Of a DNA stretch of 64,000 bases, positions 40,170 to 52,005 are shown piece by piece (positions within the stretch are counted from its first letter, which is position 1; every line of letters starts with the position of its first letter). Both the position numbers and the translations under genes were made by a program. This DNA is from Bdellovibrionales bacterium. Its GTDB lineage: Bacteria > Bdellovibrionota > Bdellovibrionia > Bdellovibrionales > CAYMLA01. The notes under the pieces are model-generated. The model had not been told where the DNA came from. It saw only the letters and a list, made by a program, of their open reading frames with translations, and did not search any database. The stretch covers positions 352,001 through 416,000 of the forward strand of contig OZ244239.1 in the NCBI GenBank assembly GCA_965217115.1, read 5' to 3'.

Positions 40170-41285
40170 TTAACGCTTAAAGACCTCTCGCAAATTTGTA
40201 AAAGAACGGGTGCTGCGACCAGGGTGTCGCATGTGGAGCTTACCGATCGTGGAAATTCTCTCTTCAGCCAACAAATCAGCCGCTTTATGGGTTCCCAGGT
40301 TTCTCTCCTCTGCTATTTTAAATATACTCATCAAATGATGGTAAACTTCTATTGTTTTGTCTTTTGCACGGGAGCCCGAATACCCTTCTAGTTCGACAAC
40401 GACATTCATTAATCCCCCGGCGTTCACCACGTAATCAGGAGCGTAGAGAATACCCCTCTCTCTGAGCATATCCCCGTGACGGTCTTCCTCAAGTTGGTTG
40501 TTCGCACCGCCACAAACCACTTTGCACTTGAGATTCTCAATCGTTTCATCGTTTATAACCGACCCCATGGCACAAGGAGCTAATATATCACAACTTGTCG
40601 TTATCACTTCACTGGGATTAACGACCTCCAAATCATGTTTCTTAGAGTAGAGCGTCACTCGCTCTTTATCAATATCGGCAATTTTAACTTTCGCCCCTTC
40701 TTCCACCAAATAATCCACCAAGTAACCGCCCACACTTCCCAAACCTTGCACGGCAATTTTTATCCCTTTGAGGCTATCTGCTTTAAACTGATACTTGGCC
40801 GAGGCCTTAATTCCCTGAAGAACTCCATAGGCCGTATAGGGACTTGGATCACCTGAGCCTCCAAAAGCCTTTGGAATTCCTGTGACATAGGGAGTCTCTG
40901 TAAAAGCATACTCCATATCACGAACAGTCGTTCCCACATCTTCAGCAGTAAAATAACGACCATTCAAAGAGTTTACAAACTGACCAAAAGCTCGAAACAG
41001 CCCCTCTGTCTTCTGGGTCTTAGGGTCGCCAATGATCACAGCTTTCCCCCCCCCTAAATTTAGACCGGAGGCCGCCGCCTTATAAGTCATTCCCCTTGAA
41101 AGACGCAAGACATCCACCAGAGCGTCCTCTTCACTGGCATAATCAAACATTCGACAGCCACCAAGAGCTGGCCCGAGATTTGTGTTGTGAATAGCTATGA
41201 TCGCTTTAAGACCTGTATCCCTGTCATTGCAAAAAACAACTTGCTCGTGGTCACCATACTCTTCAATTATTTTAAATGTCGACAT
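40170..41285 (-). CDS. ldh: Glu/Leu/Phe/Val dehydrogenase (leucine dehydrogenase-like)
   Basis: LGPALGG.R, GMTYK, GGGKAV, AEDVG, GLG.VG, GGANNQL; GGAGG SD. Confidence 0.93.
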   Translation of the reverse strand: MSTFKIIEEYGDHEQVVFCNDRDTGLKAIIAIHNTNLGPALGGCRMFDYASEEDALVDVLRLSRGMTYKAAASGLNLGGGKAVIIGDPKTQKTEGLFRAFGQFVNSLNGRYFTAEDVGTTVRDMEYAFTETPYVTGIPKAFGGSGDPSPYTAYGVLQGIKASAKYQFKADSLKGIKIAVQGLGSVGGYLVDYLVEEGAKVKIADIDKERVTLYSKKHDLEVVNPSEVITTSCDILAPCAMGSVINDETIENLKCKVVCGGANNQLEEDRHGDMLRERGILYAPDYVVNAGGLMNVVVELEGYSGSRAKDKTIEVYHHLMSIFKIAEERNLGTHKAADLLAEERISTIGKLHMRHPGRSTRSFTNLREVFKR

Positions 41286-41672
41286 AACACCTCCACTATC
41301 AAGAACAGCTATGGAGGGCAAAGGGAATTTGACATTGACCTTATTTGAGAAGTGCGTCATCACGGGGAACACCGCTGGTAAAGTCGCTGTACTCTCCATG
41401 GTTTAGGGTAAAAAAAAAGGATACAGCCCCAAACCATATCCTCTATTCCATTTGAACCACCAGGAGAGAATCCCAGACAAGCTCAGTATAGCCTAGATCT
41501 TGCTATTATGCCACTTTTTGTTACACCCATTGAAAAAATTATAACTTTGACGTGAGGCCACTAAAACTATAGTAACGTTCCAAGCTAGATAAATTCTTAA
41601 AAACAATTCTTCCCTCAGCTGGGAACTCTGGTTGGTGGATGTTTTGTTCTTAACCAATTCAGTCGTTAACAG

Positions 41673-42572
41673 ATGCCTCTACCTATAGCAGTGACCGCTA
41701 TTATTCCCACGCACAATCGTTCATGGATCTTGGAGAGATCTATCCTGTCTGTGTTCTCACAAGAGTATCCCCACCTAGAATTAATTGTCATTGATGATGG
41801 TTCAACAGACCAAACCGATGGAGTCATTGAAAATCTTCAAAGCAAATGTCCCTCTCACATCGACTTTCAATACTATAAACAGACAAATCAAGGTGTTAGT
41901 TCCGCCCGCAATTTTGCCGCTCGTAAAGCTCGAGGAGAACTCTTGGCTTTCCTTGATTCCGATGATGAGTGGTTACCAGATAAGACAGCCCGCCAAAGTC
42001 AGTTCCTCAAAGAGGCCCCCCACATTCCCCTTGTCCATGGAGAAGAGATATGGGTGCGAGACGGCAAGCGCGTGAACCCTAAAAAGAAACATCGAAAATC
42101 TGGGGGGAGGCTCTTTCAAGAATCTTTAAAACTCTGTCTGATCAGTCCCTCCTGCTCAATGATAAGAAGAGAAAGCTACTGGGAGCTGGGTGGGTTTAAC
42201 GAAAAATTCACAGTCTGCGAAGATTATGACTTTTGGTTGCGCTTAACTGTGCAACAGGAAGTGGGATTCATTCAAGACCCCCTCATTATCAAGTACGGTG
42301 GTCACCACGATCAACTCTCCCAGAGATACAAGGCCATGGATTACTGGAGAGTTTTATCCATGTGGAATCTTATCAACTCCCAAAGCATTGACAGCAGAGA
42401 GGATCACAGAGCTTGCCTCGACGAAATTCTCCACAAATCTCAAATTCTTATGAAGGGGTACAAGAGACATCAAAACTTGACCCATTTGCAGGAGATCGAA
42501 AATATTCACAGGCAAGCAACTGCACAGAGAGATGGCCCAAATCACCAGACAATGGAACCCCCCACAAAATAA
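41673..42572 (+). CDS. Glycosyltransferase family 2
   Basis: IIPTHNR, IDDGSTD, GVSSARN, FLDSDD, EDYD. Confidence 0.93.
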   Translation: MPLPIAVTAIIPTHNRSWILERSILSVFSQEYPHLELIVIDDGSTDQTDGVIENLQSKCPSHIDFQYYKQTNQGVSSARNFAARKARGELLAFLDSDDEWLPDKTARQSQFLKEAPHIPLVHGEEIWVRDGKRVNPKKKHRKSGGRLFQESLKLCLISPSCSMIRRESYWELGGFNEKFTVCEDYDFWLRLTVQQEVGFIQDPLIIKYGGHHDQLSQRYKAMDYWRVLSMWNLINSQSIDSREDHRACLDEILHKSQILMKGYKRHQNLTHLQEIENIHRQATAQRDGPNHQTMEPPTK

Positions 42573-42638
42573 ATCATACTTCTTGATATTTACCGTATTT
42601 TTTGTAATCTCGTCAGAACGATCGAATAAGGATAATCT

Positions 42639-43805
42639 ATGGCAGCTTATACTTCTCTTAATTTTATGGACTCTGATGACCTCTTCACAGAAGAGGAGAT
42701 TATGGTTCGCGACACTGTTCGCGACTTTGTCAGCAAAGAAATTATTCCAACCCTACAGACAAGCAACCGAACCGAGCGATTTCCCACCCAACTCATCCCC
42801 CGCTTTGGTGAATTAGGGCTTATGGGTTCGACCATACAAGGTTACGGATGCCCTGGTATTAGCGCCGTTTCCTACGGACTCGTCATGCAAGAGTTAGAGC
42901 GGGGCGACTCAGGCATACGCTCTTTCTGCTCTGTGCAGGGGGGATTGGTGATGTTCCCCATTTACACCTACGGTTCAGAAGAACAAAAAGAAAAATATCT
43001 CCCTCGATTGGCAACAGCAGAGATCATTGGTTGTTTTGGTCTCACAGAACCCGATGCAGGCTCCAACCCTGGAGGAATGTTAACTCGAGCTGAAAAAGTC
43101 AAAGGTGGCTACAAGCTCAACGGCAACAAGATGTGGATCACCAACGGCTGCATCTCTGATATCGCCGTTGTCTGGGCAAAACTAGACGGAGAGGTCAGAG
43201 GTTTTATTATTGAAAAAGATTTCAAGGGGTTCTCCACCAGTAAAATGGAGGGCAAGTTTTCCCTCAGAGTGAGTGTCACTTCAGAACTTCACATGGAGGA
43301 TTGCTTCGTCCCTGAAGAAAATATCTTACCCAAAGGCATTGGCCTAAAAGCGCCCCTATCCTGTCTCTCACAGGCAAGATATGGAATCGCCTGGGGAGTT
43401 CTCGGCGCAGCCAATGCCTGTTACCACCAAGCCCTTAACTATTCCAAAGAGAGAACAATCTTTGATAAACCACTGGCCGCCTATCAATTGGCCCAAGCTA
43501 AACTGGTTAAGATGGTTCAAGAGATCACCAAGGGGCAACTCCTGGCTCTACAACTGGGCCGTCTTAAGGAAAAAGGCTCCCTGCAACACCATCAAATATC
43601 CTTAGCTAAAATGAACAACTGTAAAATCGCTCTAGAAGTCTCCAGAGAGGCCCGTGATATGCTCGGAGCCAATGGAATTATTGACGAGTATCCCGTCATT
43701 CGACACATGATAAACCTAGAGACAGTCAACACCTATGAAGGCACTGAGGATATCCATCGGCTCATCATTGGCCGAGAGATCACTGGCGAAAACGCCATTA
43801 TGTGA
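42639..43805 (+). CDS. gcdH: Acyl-CoA dehydrogenase (glutaryl-CoA dehydrogenase-like)
   Basis: ELER.DSG.RS, GCFGLTEP..GS, TYEGT.DIH. Confidence 0.88.
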   Translation: MAAYTSLNFMDSDDLFTEEEIMVRDTVRDFVSKEIIPTLQTSNRTERFPTQLIPRFGELGLMGSTIQGYGCPGISAVSYGLVMQELERGDSGIRSFCSVQGGLVMFPIYTYGSEEQKEKYLPRLATAEIIGCFGLTEPDAGSNPGGMLTRAEKVKGGYKLNGNKMWITNGCISDIAVVWAKLDGEVRGFIIEKDFKGFSTSKMEGKFSLRVSVTSELHMEDCFVPEENILPKGIGLKAPLSCLSQARYGIAWGVLGAANACYHQALNYSKERTIFDKPLAAYQLAQAKLVKMVQEITKGQLLALQLGRLKEKGSLQHHQISLAKMNNCKIALEVSREARDMLGANGIIDEYPVIRHMINLETVNTYEGTEDIHRLIIGREITGENAIM

Positions 43806-43847
43806 ATTTTTTAAGCCGTCTGCCGTTGGCGTAGCTACTGACAAAAT

Positions 43848-45458
43848 CTAAAGCCGCTCTTTTTTACTTATAAATGAGATGGGAACTTCTTCAAGGGTTT
43901 TCAAAACATCCAAGTAAAAATCTAAGAAATCCTTATTATCCAAAGAGTAACGAAGCATTTTTCTCACCTGTGCCTGAGGGATCACACCTATACGATAACC
44001 ATCGTAGAGCTGCTCTCCCATCAACCCACCTAGAAGTTTAGCCACCTGCCAATAACTTATTTTAAGCTTTGGTTTAAATAACTTCTTTTTTCTCTTCTTC
44101 CCCTCCAACAAATAGAGGTCATCCATACGGCGATCTAGAGCTAGAGAAAAAACTTCCTTCTCTTCATCTGAACCAGAATCCATCAATAAAAAACTACGGA
44201 TGTCTTGCAAGGTTTCTGTCTTGCGACGATGGTTAATTAATTTACTACAAAAATAAGCTATCACCTCAAGCCAGACGAGCCGCCTAAAGTCCCGTGGTAG
44301 ATTCCAACACAACGAGCTCTGCTTAGACAATCTTGCATGGATGTAATAACCCGCCAGAGTCGCGCCATGATTTATCGTGTGTTGGGACAAATAGCCCACG
44401 CCTGTTTGTGGGATAAGGAATGTTCTGTTCATCTCTGCCAATTTACACGCCAGGAGAGCTTCTTTTTTTTCTAAAGATTTAACAAAAATCTCCATTATCT
44501 TCTCATCTTCAGCCCCATAAACTGACAGCGTATTTAAGTTTAAGCGTAAATTCAGATCATCCATTATCCAACGGCACAGACCTGTCACACGGTCTGTGTA
44601 ATCCGTCTCTTCTTTCATCTCACGGTCATAGGCGCTCTCAAGGTGTAAGAGGTAGCTCTGCCACTTAACCCACGGCGGTGACCCCAGAACACAGTACACA
44701 TCATCACGCAAACGAACCAAATCCACCTGATTCTCTAATCCTAATCGAGCCAATTGAAAATAAATTTTCTCGGAATTCTGATGAATCGTTATCGTTTGAC
44801 AACTCTTCTTAAGACGCTTTTCAACCTCTTTAGGCAAGTGGTCCTGTGCTAAATGAAAATCACCAAAAATGATGAATAACAAATTTCCATCATGGCTCTC
44901 TCTGAGTTTAGCGATACACAGAGCCGCATGGGAATCCCGCTGACTCAAGCTGCCTCCATCCTTGCTACGAAAACGCTTATTGAGGCCATAGACTTGAATT
45001 CCATTATTGCGGGCATAATTTAATATGGGCCGATAATGGCTCCAATTAAATCCCCATCTCTTCTCCCATTGAATTTTCTGCAGAAATTCAGTTTCTGAAA
45101 GCTCTCCTTTAAGAAACTCGTCTAACTCCTTTTGAAACGCACTCTCTAAGAACTCCACACCCAGAGTCAGCTTGCGCTTTTTACCCACAGATCTCAACAG
45201 ACGCAGGTGAAGCCTTTGGGATTGATTCAGGGCGTGAAAGTCACTGACATAGGCAATATCACAAGTTAAAAAGCGATTGACCAACTCAACCTTCGTCGAA
45301 GCTCGCCATTTACTTGTAAACTCTTTTTTATAGTGTTGTTGATAGTGCAGAACTTCTTCGGATAAATGCCCCAAGTGCAGTTTAACCCTCTTTTTTATAT
45401 CTCTAAGAAGCCTCTTACGCATTGCCAACCACTGTGCTTCTATTTTTAAAGAACTCAT
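43848..45458 (-). CDS. ChaN-like (heme-uptake family) domain protein
   Basis: DFH...Q, LGVEF...Q..LD.F..G, W...W..Y.PI, RD, G..H motifs. Confidence 0.7.
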   Translation of the reverse strand: MSSLKIEAQWLAMRKRLLRDIKKRVKLHLGHLSEEVLHYQQHYKKEFTSKWRASTKVELVNRFLTCDIAYVSDFHALNQSQRLHLRLLRSVGKKRKLTLGVEFLESAFQKELDEFLKGELSETEFLQKIQWEKRWGFNWSHYRPILNYARNNGIQVYGLNKRFRSKDGGSLSQRDSHAALCIAKLRESHDGNLLFIIFGDFHLAQDHLPKEVEKRLKKSCQTITIHQNSEKIYFQLARLGLENQVDLVRLRDDVYCVLGSPPWVKWQSYLLHLESAYDREMKEETDYTDRVTGLCRWIMDDLNLRLNLNTLSVYGAEDEKIMEIFVKSLEKKEALLACKLAEMNRTFLIPQTGVGYLSQHTINHGATLAGYYIHARLSKQSSLCWNLPRDFRRLVWLEVIAYFCSKLINHRRKTETLQDIRSFLLMDSGSDEEKEVFSLALDRRMDDLYLLEGKKRKKKLFKPKLKISYWQVAKLLGGLMGEQLYDGYRIGVIPQAQVRKMLRYSLDNKDFLDFYLDVLKTLEEVPISFISKKERL

Positions 45459-45557
45459 AACTACATCTTAAAGGAAGTTTTAAAAAGGAACAACTCTGTT
45501 GGTCCTGCTTGATTTTTAAGAATTTATTATATTTAATGTTATCATTTAAGAATTCTA

Positions 45558-46874
45558 ATGAACTGCACTAATAACAACACTAATAACAAAACTGTGGAGC
45601 TTTTACCTATGAGTGATCAACACCAGAATGACCAACACCAGAGTGACCAACATCAAAATGACCCGCACCAGAGTGAAAAAGCATCGACCAGTCTCTGGGT
45701 CTCCTGCCTCTCCGCTCTCTGCTCTGCCGGGGTTCATCTCTATCTCACCCTTCACTATTATCAGCTTAAAGCGGGGGCCTTCACTGGACAAAGTGCCTGC
45801 AATATCAATCAGACCTTCAATTGCGATGTCGTGAGCCTCAGTTCCTACGCTCAAATTTTCACCACTCCCATAGCCCTCCTTGGAATGGTCACGGCTCTGA
45901 TGACCATCGTCTTTATTCTTATTTATCAATGGAATATGACCTTCAGTCGCCAGCTACTTGCAAAAGCTATTTCAACACTCACTGCTCTGACTTTATTAGC
46001 TTCCCTCGTCATGGCTGTTATTTCATTTACAAAGCTAAACACCTACTGCCTCTTCTGTCTGATCACTTACGCTCTCTCCATTGTCACATTCATCGGGGTC
46101 TGGAGAGGACTTCAAGGAGTGCACCTTATTACAAGGGATGACCTAAAGAGTTTCATTGGAACCAGTCGTTGGATCACTGTGTGTCTTCTTCTTATTCCCG
46201 GTGCAGGATTACTGGGAAATCAAATGTTTCGCCACCATTACAAGCTAGACAAAATCGAGGAGTTTATCGCCGAAGCTGTTTTCATCTGGCAGGGGAATCC
46301 CGTAGAGAGCTTCTCTAGCAGGGGATTAAAAAGTCAGAAGAACCTTAAAAACCCCAAGATCACCGTTGTTGAATTCGCTGATTTTAAGTGTGGCCATTGC
46401 CAACAAGCCGTTCCCGTCTTTGCTAAGTTCAAGAAATCACACCCTGATGTTCAATTCATTTTTAAAAGCTACGCCCTTGATGGCACTTGCAATAGCGCTA
46501 TCACTGATCGCAACGGCGAGATTTACATAGGGGATGGAACTCGATGTCTACTAGCCCAACTCACCTATTGCGCCGACAAACAAGAAAAAGGCTGGCAGTT
46601 CCATGATTGGATTTTTAATAACTCTAATTCCCTCTATTCTAAAACTGAAATTGAAACTCAAGCCAGGTCTTTTGCTTCTACACAGGGAATCCATCCAGAT
46701 AAACTTATCTCCTGTATGAACTCCCAAGAGGCGTTTGAGGAAATTAAGAAGCAGACCTCAGAGGGTTCAGAGGCGGGGATATCTGGCACTCCGTCTACTT
46801 TCATAAATGGGCGCAAAGTTCCCGGAGGACAGAGTTCTATGACTCTAGAAGCTATTTACCGAATTTTAAAATAA
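45558..46874 (+). CDS. VKOR-DsbA/thioredoxin fusion
   Basis: C.IN..FNC..V..S, YCLFC, FADFKCGHC, GTP..FING. Confidence 0.92.
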   Translation: MNCTNNNTNNKTVELLPMSDQHQNDQHQSDQHQNDPHQSEKASTSLWVSCLSALCSAGVHLYLTLHYYQLKAGAFTGQSACNINQTFNCDVVSLSSYAQIFTTPIALLGMVTALMTIVFILIYQWNMTFSRQLLAKAISTLTALTLLASLVMAVISFTKLNTYCLFCLITYALSIVTFIGVWRGLQGVHLITRDDLKSFIGTSRWITVCLLLIPGAGLLGNQMFRHHYKLDKIEEFIAEAVFIWQGNPVESFSSRGLKSQKNLKNPKITVVEFADFKCGHCQQAVPVFAKFKKSHPDVQFIFKSYALDGTCNSAITDRNGEIYIGDGTRCLLAQLTYCADKQEKGWQFHDWIFNNSNSLYSKTEIETQARSFASTQGIHPDKLISCMNSQEAFEEIKKQTSEGSEAGISGTPSTFINGRKVPGGQSSMTLEAIYRILK

Positions 46875-46996
46875 TCGGGGGAGATTCTGGCTAAAAGTCG
46901 AGTTTTCTGTGTAACAGCACTTATCTTTTTAGCTATTCCAGATTAAAGTGTTGTTTAAGGCGCTCTTAAATTTGAGGCCCTAGTAAGGAGGCTTTA

Positions 46997-48124
46997 ATGG
47001 GAAATGGACTTTCCTCAGAAACTCACACCAAAGAAAACTCCTCTTTAGAAGATGGGCCGTTAGACGCTTCATCAGAGAGTTCCTCTTTTTATTTTAAAGC
47101 ACCAGATCTCTCTGACATCCCTGATAGCATTCTTCACACAGCAACTGTTGAGGCTTTGATTTCTCAAAATGAAGATCTCATGGCACATATTAAGGTCCAT
47201 ATTCGTCGCGATATCCTTTTAGAACAAGAGATACTCACGTTGCAAAAGAGAATCCACCAGCACAACCAGTCACAACAGAATCAAGAAGACCGCTCTTTGA
47301 TCTGGAAAGAAAAAGACCGGGCGTGGAAAGAAAAACTACACAAACTCGAAGTCTCTTTAAAGAACCACCACACACAGAGCGAATTAACTGAAGTCCGTTA
47401 CGCCGAGCTTTACGAAGCCTTTCAACAAAAACAAAAACAACTCTCTGAAGAGAAGAAGACCCTGCGACAAGAGGTTGAAAAAAAGAAAGCCGAAGTAGAG
47501 ATTAAAAAAATTGAACTCTCTGAGCAGAACAAAAAGCTTCAGCGCAATATCACAAGCCTAACGGAGCATATCACCAATCAAAAGAAAAAATATGAACGCG
47601 ATCAAAATGAGCTTACATCCATCTATGAAAAAGAGAGGACTCAGCTCTCAGGCACGGTTAAACAACTCACCTCCGACACGAAATATCTCAGAGAACGGGT
47701 TGATCAATTAGAACCCCTCGTTGAGGAGAAGGTTCTCTTAAACAATCAGATTATTCTCGCAGAGAGAGGCAAGAGCGAAATCACAAAGCAATTAAATGTC
47801 GAAACAAAGAAACTCCAAGAGCAGGTGGCGTTTTATCGAAAAGAGGCAAAAATACAGGCCTTAGAGCTCAATGCCCTTCGAGAAAAGAACTCAGATTACG
47901 AAAAACGTTTCCACGAAATGAGGGATGACCAAGGTAAAAACCTCTCTCAGATCGAAAGCCTACAACTTCTTTGGAAAGAGAAACACGGTGAAATCGAAAA
48001 GCTCCAGGAAAAGAACAAGTCCCTCAATAATATTAATAGTCATCTGAGTAAAAATCTCTCTGATTTAAGAAAAGAGTCGGAATCGTCCTCGAAATCACCG
48101 TCGAAATCACCGTCGAAATCATAG
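46997..48124 (+). CDS. Long coiled-coil protein
   Basis: AAGGAGG SD; 375 aa of E/K/Q/L-rich heptads. Confidence 0.8.
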   Translation: MGNGLSSETHTKENSSLEDGPLDASSESSSFYFKAPDLSDIPDSILHTATVEALISQNEDLMAHIKVHIRRDILLEQEILTLQKRIHQHNQSQQNQEDRSLIWKEKDRAWKEKLHKLEVSLKNHHTQSELTEVRYAELYEAFQQKQKQLSEEKKTLRQEVEKKKAEVEIKKIELSEQNKKLQRNITSLTEHITNQKKKYERDQNELTSIYEKERTQLSGTVKQLTSDTKYLRERVDQLEPLVEEKVLLNNQIILAERGKSEITKQLNVETKKLQEQVAFYRKEAKIQALELNALREKNSDYEKRFHEMRDDQGKNLSQIESLQLLWKEKHGEIEKLQEKNKSLNNINSHLSKNLSDLRKESESSSKSPSKSPSKS

Positions 48125-48158
48125 AGCTTCGAAATCATAGAGCTTCGGAATCATAGAG

Positions 48159-48920
48159 CTAAAGAGTTTTCTTCTCCCATAATTTAGCAAATTTCAAAAA
48201 GAGAGAGTAAGCTGCGCCCACAGCAATAATAAATCCAGGAATCCCATCTAAAAAACCCCGTTTTAAGACATAAACTTCTAAAAATTTAAACGGTGGTTTA
48301 AAAAACAATTTAAACACAGAGGCCTTCTTCCCTCTATCCACTAAATCCTCCGCACCCAGAGATGAATATTCATTATTGGTTCTAACATTATGTGATAGGT
48401 CTTTGAAGACCCAGTGTTTTATATTATTTTCTAATCGGCCAATCTCATCTGCTTGGATATGTTCATGGACATGGCCCGCCGACCAACGAGCCCGTGTTTT
48501 ATCAAAAAGGCGGGTTTGGTAATCAGGATACCACCCTCCATGGTGAATCCACCGGCCTAAATGAAAGGAGATACGAGGAATTCTATAGGCATCTAACTCG
48601 GGAAGCCTATTTGCGAATAAACTCTCTATCTCTCCAGCAAGTTCTTCACTCAGAGCCTCATCAGCATCCAAGGATAAAACCCAAGGGTTTTTCCCTAATT
48701 CCGCCGCTCGGGTTTTTTGATCACGATACCCACGCCAGTGTTCCTCAAAAACCCTTGCTCCCAAGGATCGTGCGATCTCCACCGTTCGATCTTTACTGCC
48801 ACTGTCTACAACCACGATGTCATCTACAAAATCCACAGAACGCAAACAGCGCTCAATATTGTCTTCCTCATTCAAGGTAATTATCGCTAGAGTTAATGGA
48901 TACGTATTTTTCCCATCCAT
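48159..48920 (-). CDS. Glycosyltransferase family 2 (WaaE/KdtX-like)
   Basis: IITLNEE, VDSGS.D.T, LDADE, VHE, GFLDG. Confidence 0.92.
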   Translation of the reverse strand: MDGKNTYPLTLAIITLNEEDNIERCLRSVDFVDDIVVVDSGSKDRTVEIARSLGARVFEEHWRGYRDQKTRAAELGKNPWVLSLDADEALSEELAGEIESLFANRLPELDAYRIPRISFHLGRWIHHGGWYPDYQTRLFDKTRARWSAGHVHEHIQADEIGRLENNIKHWVFKDLSHNVRTNNEYSSLGAEDLVDRGKKASVFKLFFKPPFKFLEVYVLKRGFLDGIPGFIIAVGAAYSLFLKFAKLWEKKTL

Positions 48921-48993
48921 GCTTTAAGTCTCCTTGATCATCATAAGATGCTAAGTTAACCTTAACTTAACCCAAAGAAAAGGAGTCATCAAC

Positions 48994-49611
48994 ATGATCA
49001 AAACACTCTTTGCATTATCTATTTTATTTCTCTTATCACCAGCCCATGGTTATCAATCTGTGTTAGACACAGGGGATATACTGCCGAAAGACAATTACCG
49101 TGCGACCTTGGAGCCTCAATTCGTGCTCTCTGGAGATAGTGGGGTTAATTTTATTGGGCGCTTAGACGCTGCAATAGATGACACTTCGGAGTTTGGCGCC
49201 CTTCTAGGAGCGGGAGCAACAGATTTCCACACGGGATTTTATTACAAAATGGTTCCTTTCCCTGATTACAGGAACCAACCTGCTCTCGCCTTAAAATTTG
49301 GTTTTGAATATGGAAAGCGGGATGAAGAAACTGAGTTCATCTTTCGAGTTGTGCCTATTGCCAGTAAAAAGTTTAAGACAGAGCTCGGTCATTTTAATGC
49401 CTATGTCTCTGCCCCCGTCGGGATAGGCCAAAAGGATCAAGCCACAGCCCTGTCTATGCAACTTGTGGGAGGATCAAAATTTAACGTTCCACAGTTTAAG
49501 AACATTGATTTTGCCGCAGAAGCGGGGTTCAGCGTCAACCAGAGTATCTCGTACATCAGCTTTGCCGCTATTTTTTATATTGATGATGTCAACGGACTCC
49601 TGCTTAATTAA
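48994..49611 (+). CDS. Secreted protein, possible outer-membrane beta-barrel
   Basis: AAGGAG SD, signal peptide, alternating amphipathic strands. Confidence 0.7.
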   Translation: MIKTLFALSILFLLSPAHGYQSVLDTGDILPKDNYRATLEPQFVLSGDSGVNFIGRLDAAIDDTSEFGALLGAGATDFHTGFYYKMVPFPDYRNQPALALKFGFEYGKRDEETEFIFRVVPIASKKFKTELGHFNAYVSAPVGIGQKDQATALSMQLVGGSKFNVPQFKNIDFAAEAGFSVNQSISYISFAAIFYIDDVNGLLLN

Positions 49612-51511
49612 TATCCTGGAAATCAGCATCAATCACATCATCCTCTTTTTTCTCAGACGCTGCTGGAGCTGGCCCCTCTTCTGGCGTCCCACCCTCTTGG
49701 GCTGATTCGGCTGATTGTTTCTTATAGAGTTCTTCACTTAACTTGTGACTAATATTTGTCAGTCGTTCAGTGATCGATTTTAACTCTTCAATACCAGGCT
49801 TTTCTGTGACAGCTTTCTTCGCATTTTCAACCACTTCTTTGGCTGTTTTCACATCTTCGCTTGGCAGGTCCTTCTCGTTTTCAGAGAACATTTTCTCTGT
49901 TTGATAGATGAGATTATCCAAATTATTCAGTGCCGTGATCTGTTCTTTGCGCTGACTGTCTTCTTCGGCAAAGGCTTCGGCGTCTTTCACCATGCGATCA
50001 ATCTCATCATTTGATAATCCCGATTGATTCGTGATTTTGATCTCCTGCTTCTTATTGGTCGCTTTATCTAGAGCGGACACATTCAAGATACCATTGGCGT
50101 CAATATCAAAAGTCACTTCAACCTGGGGAGTTCCACGGGGAGCTGGCGCAATTCCCACCAACTCAAAACGACCGAGGGTTTTATTGTCCGTAGACATCTC
50201 TCTCTCACCTTGAAGAACATGGACATCCACCGCGGGTTGGTTGTCCGCAGCCGTTGAAAATATCTGGGACTTTTTCACAGGGATGGTTGTGTTACGATCA
50301 ATCAATTTCGTCATAACTCCACCCAGAGTTTCAATACCCAAAGACAATGGAGTCACGTCAAGAAGAAGAACATCTTTCACATCTCCTGAAAGAACTCCCC
50401 CTTGAACTGCCGCCCCAATAGCAACCACTTCATCGGGGTTCACACTTTTATTAGGCTCTTTATTAAAATACCCTTTCACCGCTTCAGCAACGGCGGGGAT
50501 TCTTGTCGAACCACCCACTAAAATAATTTCATCGATATCTGATATGTTTAAACCAGAGTCTTTCATCGCCTTCTTGCAGGGTTTTAGACTTCTCGCCACA
50601 AGCTCCTCAGTCATTTGCTCAAACTTAGACCGAGAGAGGCTTATGTTTAAATGTTTGGGACCCGAAGCATCGGCAGTGATAAATGGAAGATTGATCTCTG
50701 TGTCTTGCTTAGAGCTTAACTCAATCTTAGCCTTCTCTGCCGCTTCTTTTAAACGTTGGAGGGCCATATTGTCAGACAAGAGGTCGATCCCTTGATCTTT
50801 TTTAAATTCAGCAATCAAAAACCTTAAAATAGCTTCGTCAAAATTATCTCCACCAAGATGGGTGTCTCCACTGGTCGCCAAAACTTCAACAACATTGTCG
50901 CCGACTTCTAGGATGGAAATGTCAAAAGTTCCTCCACCTAAATCATAAATAGCGATTTTCTGGTCTTCCTTCTTATCCATACCGTAAGCCAGCGCCGCCG
51001 CTGTTGGTTCGTTAATAATTCGTTTAACTTCTAAGCCAGCAATGCGGCCAGCGTCTTTTGTCGCTTGTCTCTGGGCATCATTAAAGTAAGCAGGCACAGT
51101 GACAACCGCTTCTGTCACCTCTTGTCCTAGGTAATCTTCAGCTACTTTTTTCAACTTGGTCAAAACACTGGCAGAGATCTCTTCTGGCGAAACCTTCTTG
51201 CTATCAATTTCAAAGGCACAGTCATTGCCCTTTTTAAGAATAGTAAAAGGCATCAATTCAGTTTCATTGGCCATCTCTTCAAATTTTCGCCCAATGAATC
51301 GTTTGGCAGAGTAGATTGTCTTCTCAGGGTTCGTCACAGCCTGGCGCTTAGCCACCTGTCCCACCAGCTTTTCACCGTCTTTGGTGAAGGCCACGATGGA
51401 GGGAGTTGTTCTTGCCCCTTCCTCATTAACTAAAACTTGGGGGTCTCCGCCTTCCATCACAGACACACAAGAGTTCGTTGTTCCCAGATCGATTCCGATA
51501 ATTTTTCCCAT
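49604..51511 (-). CDS. dnaK: Chaperone DnaK
   Basis: [26 protein letters not shown]-terminal VIDADF. Confidence 0.99.
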   Translation of the reverse strand: MGKIIGIDLGTTNSCVSVMEGGDPQVLVNEEGARTTPSIVAFTKDGEKLVGQVAKRQAVTNPEKTIYSAKRFIGRKFEEMANETELMPFTILKKGNDCAFEIDSKKVSPEEISASVLTKLKKVAEDYLGQEVTEAVVTVPAYFNDAQRQATKDAGRIAGLEVKRIINEPTAAALAYGMDKKEDQKIAIYDLGGGTFDISILEVGDNVVEVLATSGDTHLGGDNFDEAILRFLIAEFKKDQGIDLLSDNMALQRLKEAAEKAKIELSSKQDTEINLPFITADASGPKHLNISLSRSKFEQMTEELVARSLKPCKKAMKDSGLNISDIDEIILVGGSTRIPAVAEAVKGYFNKEPNKSVNPDEVVAIGAAVQGGVLSGDVKDVLLLDVTPLSLGIETLGGVMTKLIDRNTTIPVKKSQIFSTAADNQPAVDVHVLQGEREMSTDNKTLGRFELVGIAPAPRGTPQVEVTFDIDANGILNVSALDKATNKKQEIKITNQSGLSNDEIDRMVKDAEAFAEEDSQRKEQITALNNLDNLIYQTEKMFSENEKDLPSEDVKTAKEVVENAKKAVTEKPGIEELKSITERLTNISHKLSEELYKKQSAESAQEGGTPEEGPAPAASEKKEDDVIDADFQDIN

Positions 51512-51880
51512 CTCTTCCACTCCTTTTCAAATAGCTACACCTTTAATATGTGGTCAGAATAACGTCCGTCAAGCCACTGTCTGGATAAAAAAAATATTTG
51601 CTTTTCTTTAGTATTTACAGCTGATTACGGCGACTCCCCCATCTTGACCCAGCCGGGACCTGCCCCGCGATGGAAAAAAACCTGTCCCTGGCCCAGGCCA
51701 GGGGTGTTGTCAAAACGGGCGAATTGGCTCATAAATAATCACACCGAAAAGGCCTAGGGTAGAATATAATTACACCAAATGTCTCTATCTTTTTCTAAAT
51801 TTAATAAACTAGCTAGTTGTTAAATCTAGGCCTTTAGTGAAACTTTTTTAACTTATCTTTAAGGGCATGGTTTTATAAAT

Positions 51881-51913
51881 AAAAAAGATACTGCTCATTA
51901 AAACAGTATCTTT
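51881..51913 (-). terminator. Rho-independent terminator
   Basis: AAAGATACTG/CAGTATCTTT stem with A tract, downstream of 52006-52461. Confidence 0.65.
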
Positions 51914-52005
51914 ATCTTTCCCTAGCCTTGATGAGCTAGTTAGTTATTTAAATCTAGTGACAGAGGTGTAAAACTTTCTTTTTCAGAAAAAGATGGCAAT
52001 AATTA

